Shown here in pieces: positions 62,478 through 64,000 of a DNA stretch of 64,000 nucleotides. How positions within the stretch are numbered: the first letter of the stretch is position 1; every line of letters begins with the position of its first letter. This DNA comes from Ascidiella aspersa. Taxonomy: Eukaryota. The notes below the pieces were generated by a model. It had not been told where the DNA came from. It did not search any database and worked only from the letters and a program-made list of their open reading frames with translations. Made by a program: the position numbers and the translations under genes. The stretch spans positions 32,302,001-32,366,000 of the forward strand of contig OZ004609.1 of the NCBI GenBank assembly GCA_963924565.1, read 5' to 3'.

Positions 62478-62680
62478 GGCGCTGGTCTAGAATCTTAGAA
62501 CATTTTCGTCCAGAGGATTATATTGCAAACAATAGCTAGGTAAGAGTGAGGGTTGGGTTAAGTATTATTATTCTATTTATTCTTATAATATTTATGTCTT
62601 CCCTACAATTTCAACTTTGACATCTAGTTTCGCTAGTGTTAAAATGTGGTAGGATAGTAGTAGGATTCTAGACCAGCGCC
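62478..62680. mobile_element. MITE with GG-starting TIRs and 8-bp TSD
   Basis: TIR GGCGCTGGTCTAGAATC/GATTCTAGACCAGCGCC, perfect TSD AGATTTTG. A decayed copy is in MBIP intron 1 (about 24163-24318). Confidence 0.82.
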
Positions 62681-64000
62681 AGATTTTGCAGCATTACACG
62701 AAATTTAACAAACGAAAGACAAAACACCAACGTTGCGTATATACTTCAATGCATACGTCGACGATAAAAACTTTATATAGTAAATGTACTTGTGCAAACA
62801 ATATATGTTAGGCTATTTTAGGGAAAATCACAACGAACTACACATACAGCACGCTTATAAATAGTATATTTACCTTGCAGAAAATAGTAACTGAATATCG
62901 CATTTCGAAAATTAAACTACACAGAACAGAAAACAACATCCCATGAGAGAAACATTGTGATATTATGCTATGTGCTGAGTTAAAATTTAGATAGAGAGCC
63001 TTTATTTTTGAACCATAGTCTCCCTATACTGTCTTTTAATTGTATTTTTTTTTCATTACAGATAAATTTAAGATAACAGCCGATTGCGTTTCATTGCAAG
63101 CGTACACATCTACGTTGCATCAACGCCTATGTATAATACAGGCGTTGGTTGCATTACAGCCGCACATGTATGTTGTGAAAATTGAATGACAGAACGTTAT
63201 GTTTCCATATAACATGTCAATGTTAGAAAGGAATTTGGAAAAGCTGTACGAAAGTAATTTTACGAAATAGAAACGGGTATTTCCTTAGGTACCCACGGTC
63301 TTTTTGTTGTTGTGAAATGAAGCAACGCCTGATTTGCCGAGAAAACAACTTTCTCCCATCAGCGATCGTTAGCGCCGCTTTGTGGCTGAGGGTGTGTTTT
63401 GCATTTTCGTGTTCAACATTAGAGAATCTACGCGCACAGTATTCCTAAGTGGTAATGCTTGTCCTAACTTTGATTTGTATTAGTGACGTGCCTTTGCGTC
63501 ATTTTTTTATAATGTTGTTTTCAAAGGGTCCTGAACAGTGCATTTTTATCAACGTATTAGCGTAAGAAAGAGTTCAGGAATTTGCTTGCAAGTTAAAAGT
63601 GTGGATTCTATCAGAAACGATTTTAGGCCAACATCTTTTTTCAGTTTAGCTAAAACTTTTGACTTGTCAGTGTTTGATTTTATTTTGTAATGTTGTAGAT
63701 TTTGATGTTTTTACTTCCACATACTTTGTTAGGTTTGCTCGATTATAAACGCCCCAATTTTTATATTGTTTTTGATTTGTTGTATTTCATTTTGTTAACT
63801 TTATTTAGGCCTTTTTAGCATTTATTTATTATCAAAGTAGAGGAAATATAGGAAACAGATTAACCTAGTGTAAAATACATTATTTGTATTTAACTTTCTT
63901 GTTAATATCACATATGCAAATTGGTAACTGCTATTGTTAAATGCAATTATTTTTTTTATAAAGGTTGCTTGAAACAGCTTGCAAAACAATTCTTTGTAAC

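Noticed and set aside
63201-63213. GTTTCCATATAAC as an RFX X-box for the ciliary gene CEP164 (and CCATGGTAAC near 22802)
   Set aside because: Imperfect matches that can arise by chance; TSS and conservation are unknown.

Overview
Eukaryotic (metazoan) genomic DNA with GT-AG introns. An ascidian/tunicate origin is plausible from the compact MITE-rich introns, candidate operons and mosaic CpG pattern, but the taxon cannot be proven from this window. I reconstructed seven genes exon by exon with consistent phases: the 5' part of CRIM1 (-, three exons, long CpG-rich introns), intronless PSMB3 (+), MBIP (+, 7 exons), two tandem 12-exon MFSD4/NaGLT1-like MFS transporter paralogs (+), CDKAL1 (-, 12 exons) and intronless CEP164 (-). 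Introns hold many non-autonomous TIR elements with 8-bp target duplications and one tRNA-like element. The most notable non-genic signal is a set of fold-back repeats carrying minimal type I hammerhead ribozyme cores, the signature of Penelope-like retroelement pLTRs. It includes an inverted pair of intact 39-nt hammerheads (48176-48214 on -, 48519-48557 on +) inserted with a 15-bp direct repeat into the tail of a second hammerhead-bearing family. Also notable are two candidate operons (intronless gene followed closely by a multi-exon gene), patchy identity between the transporter paralogs, and a decayed duplicate of a CDKAL1 splice acceptor. All homology calls come from recognition of motifs by eye; no searches were run.
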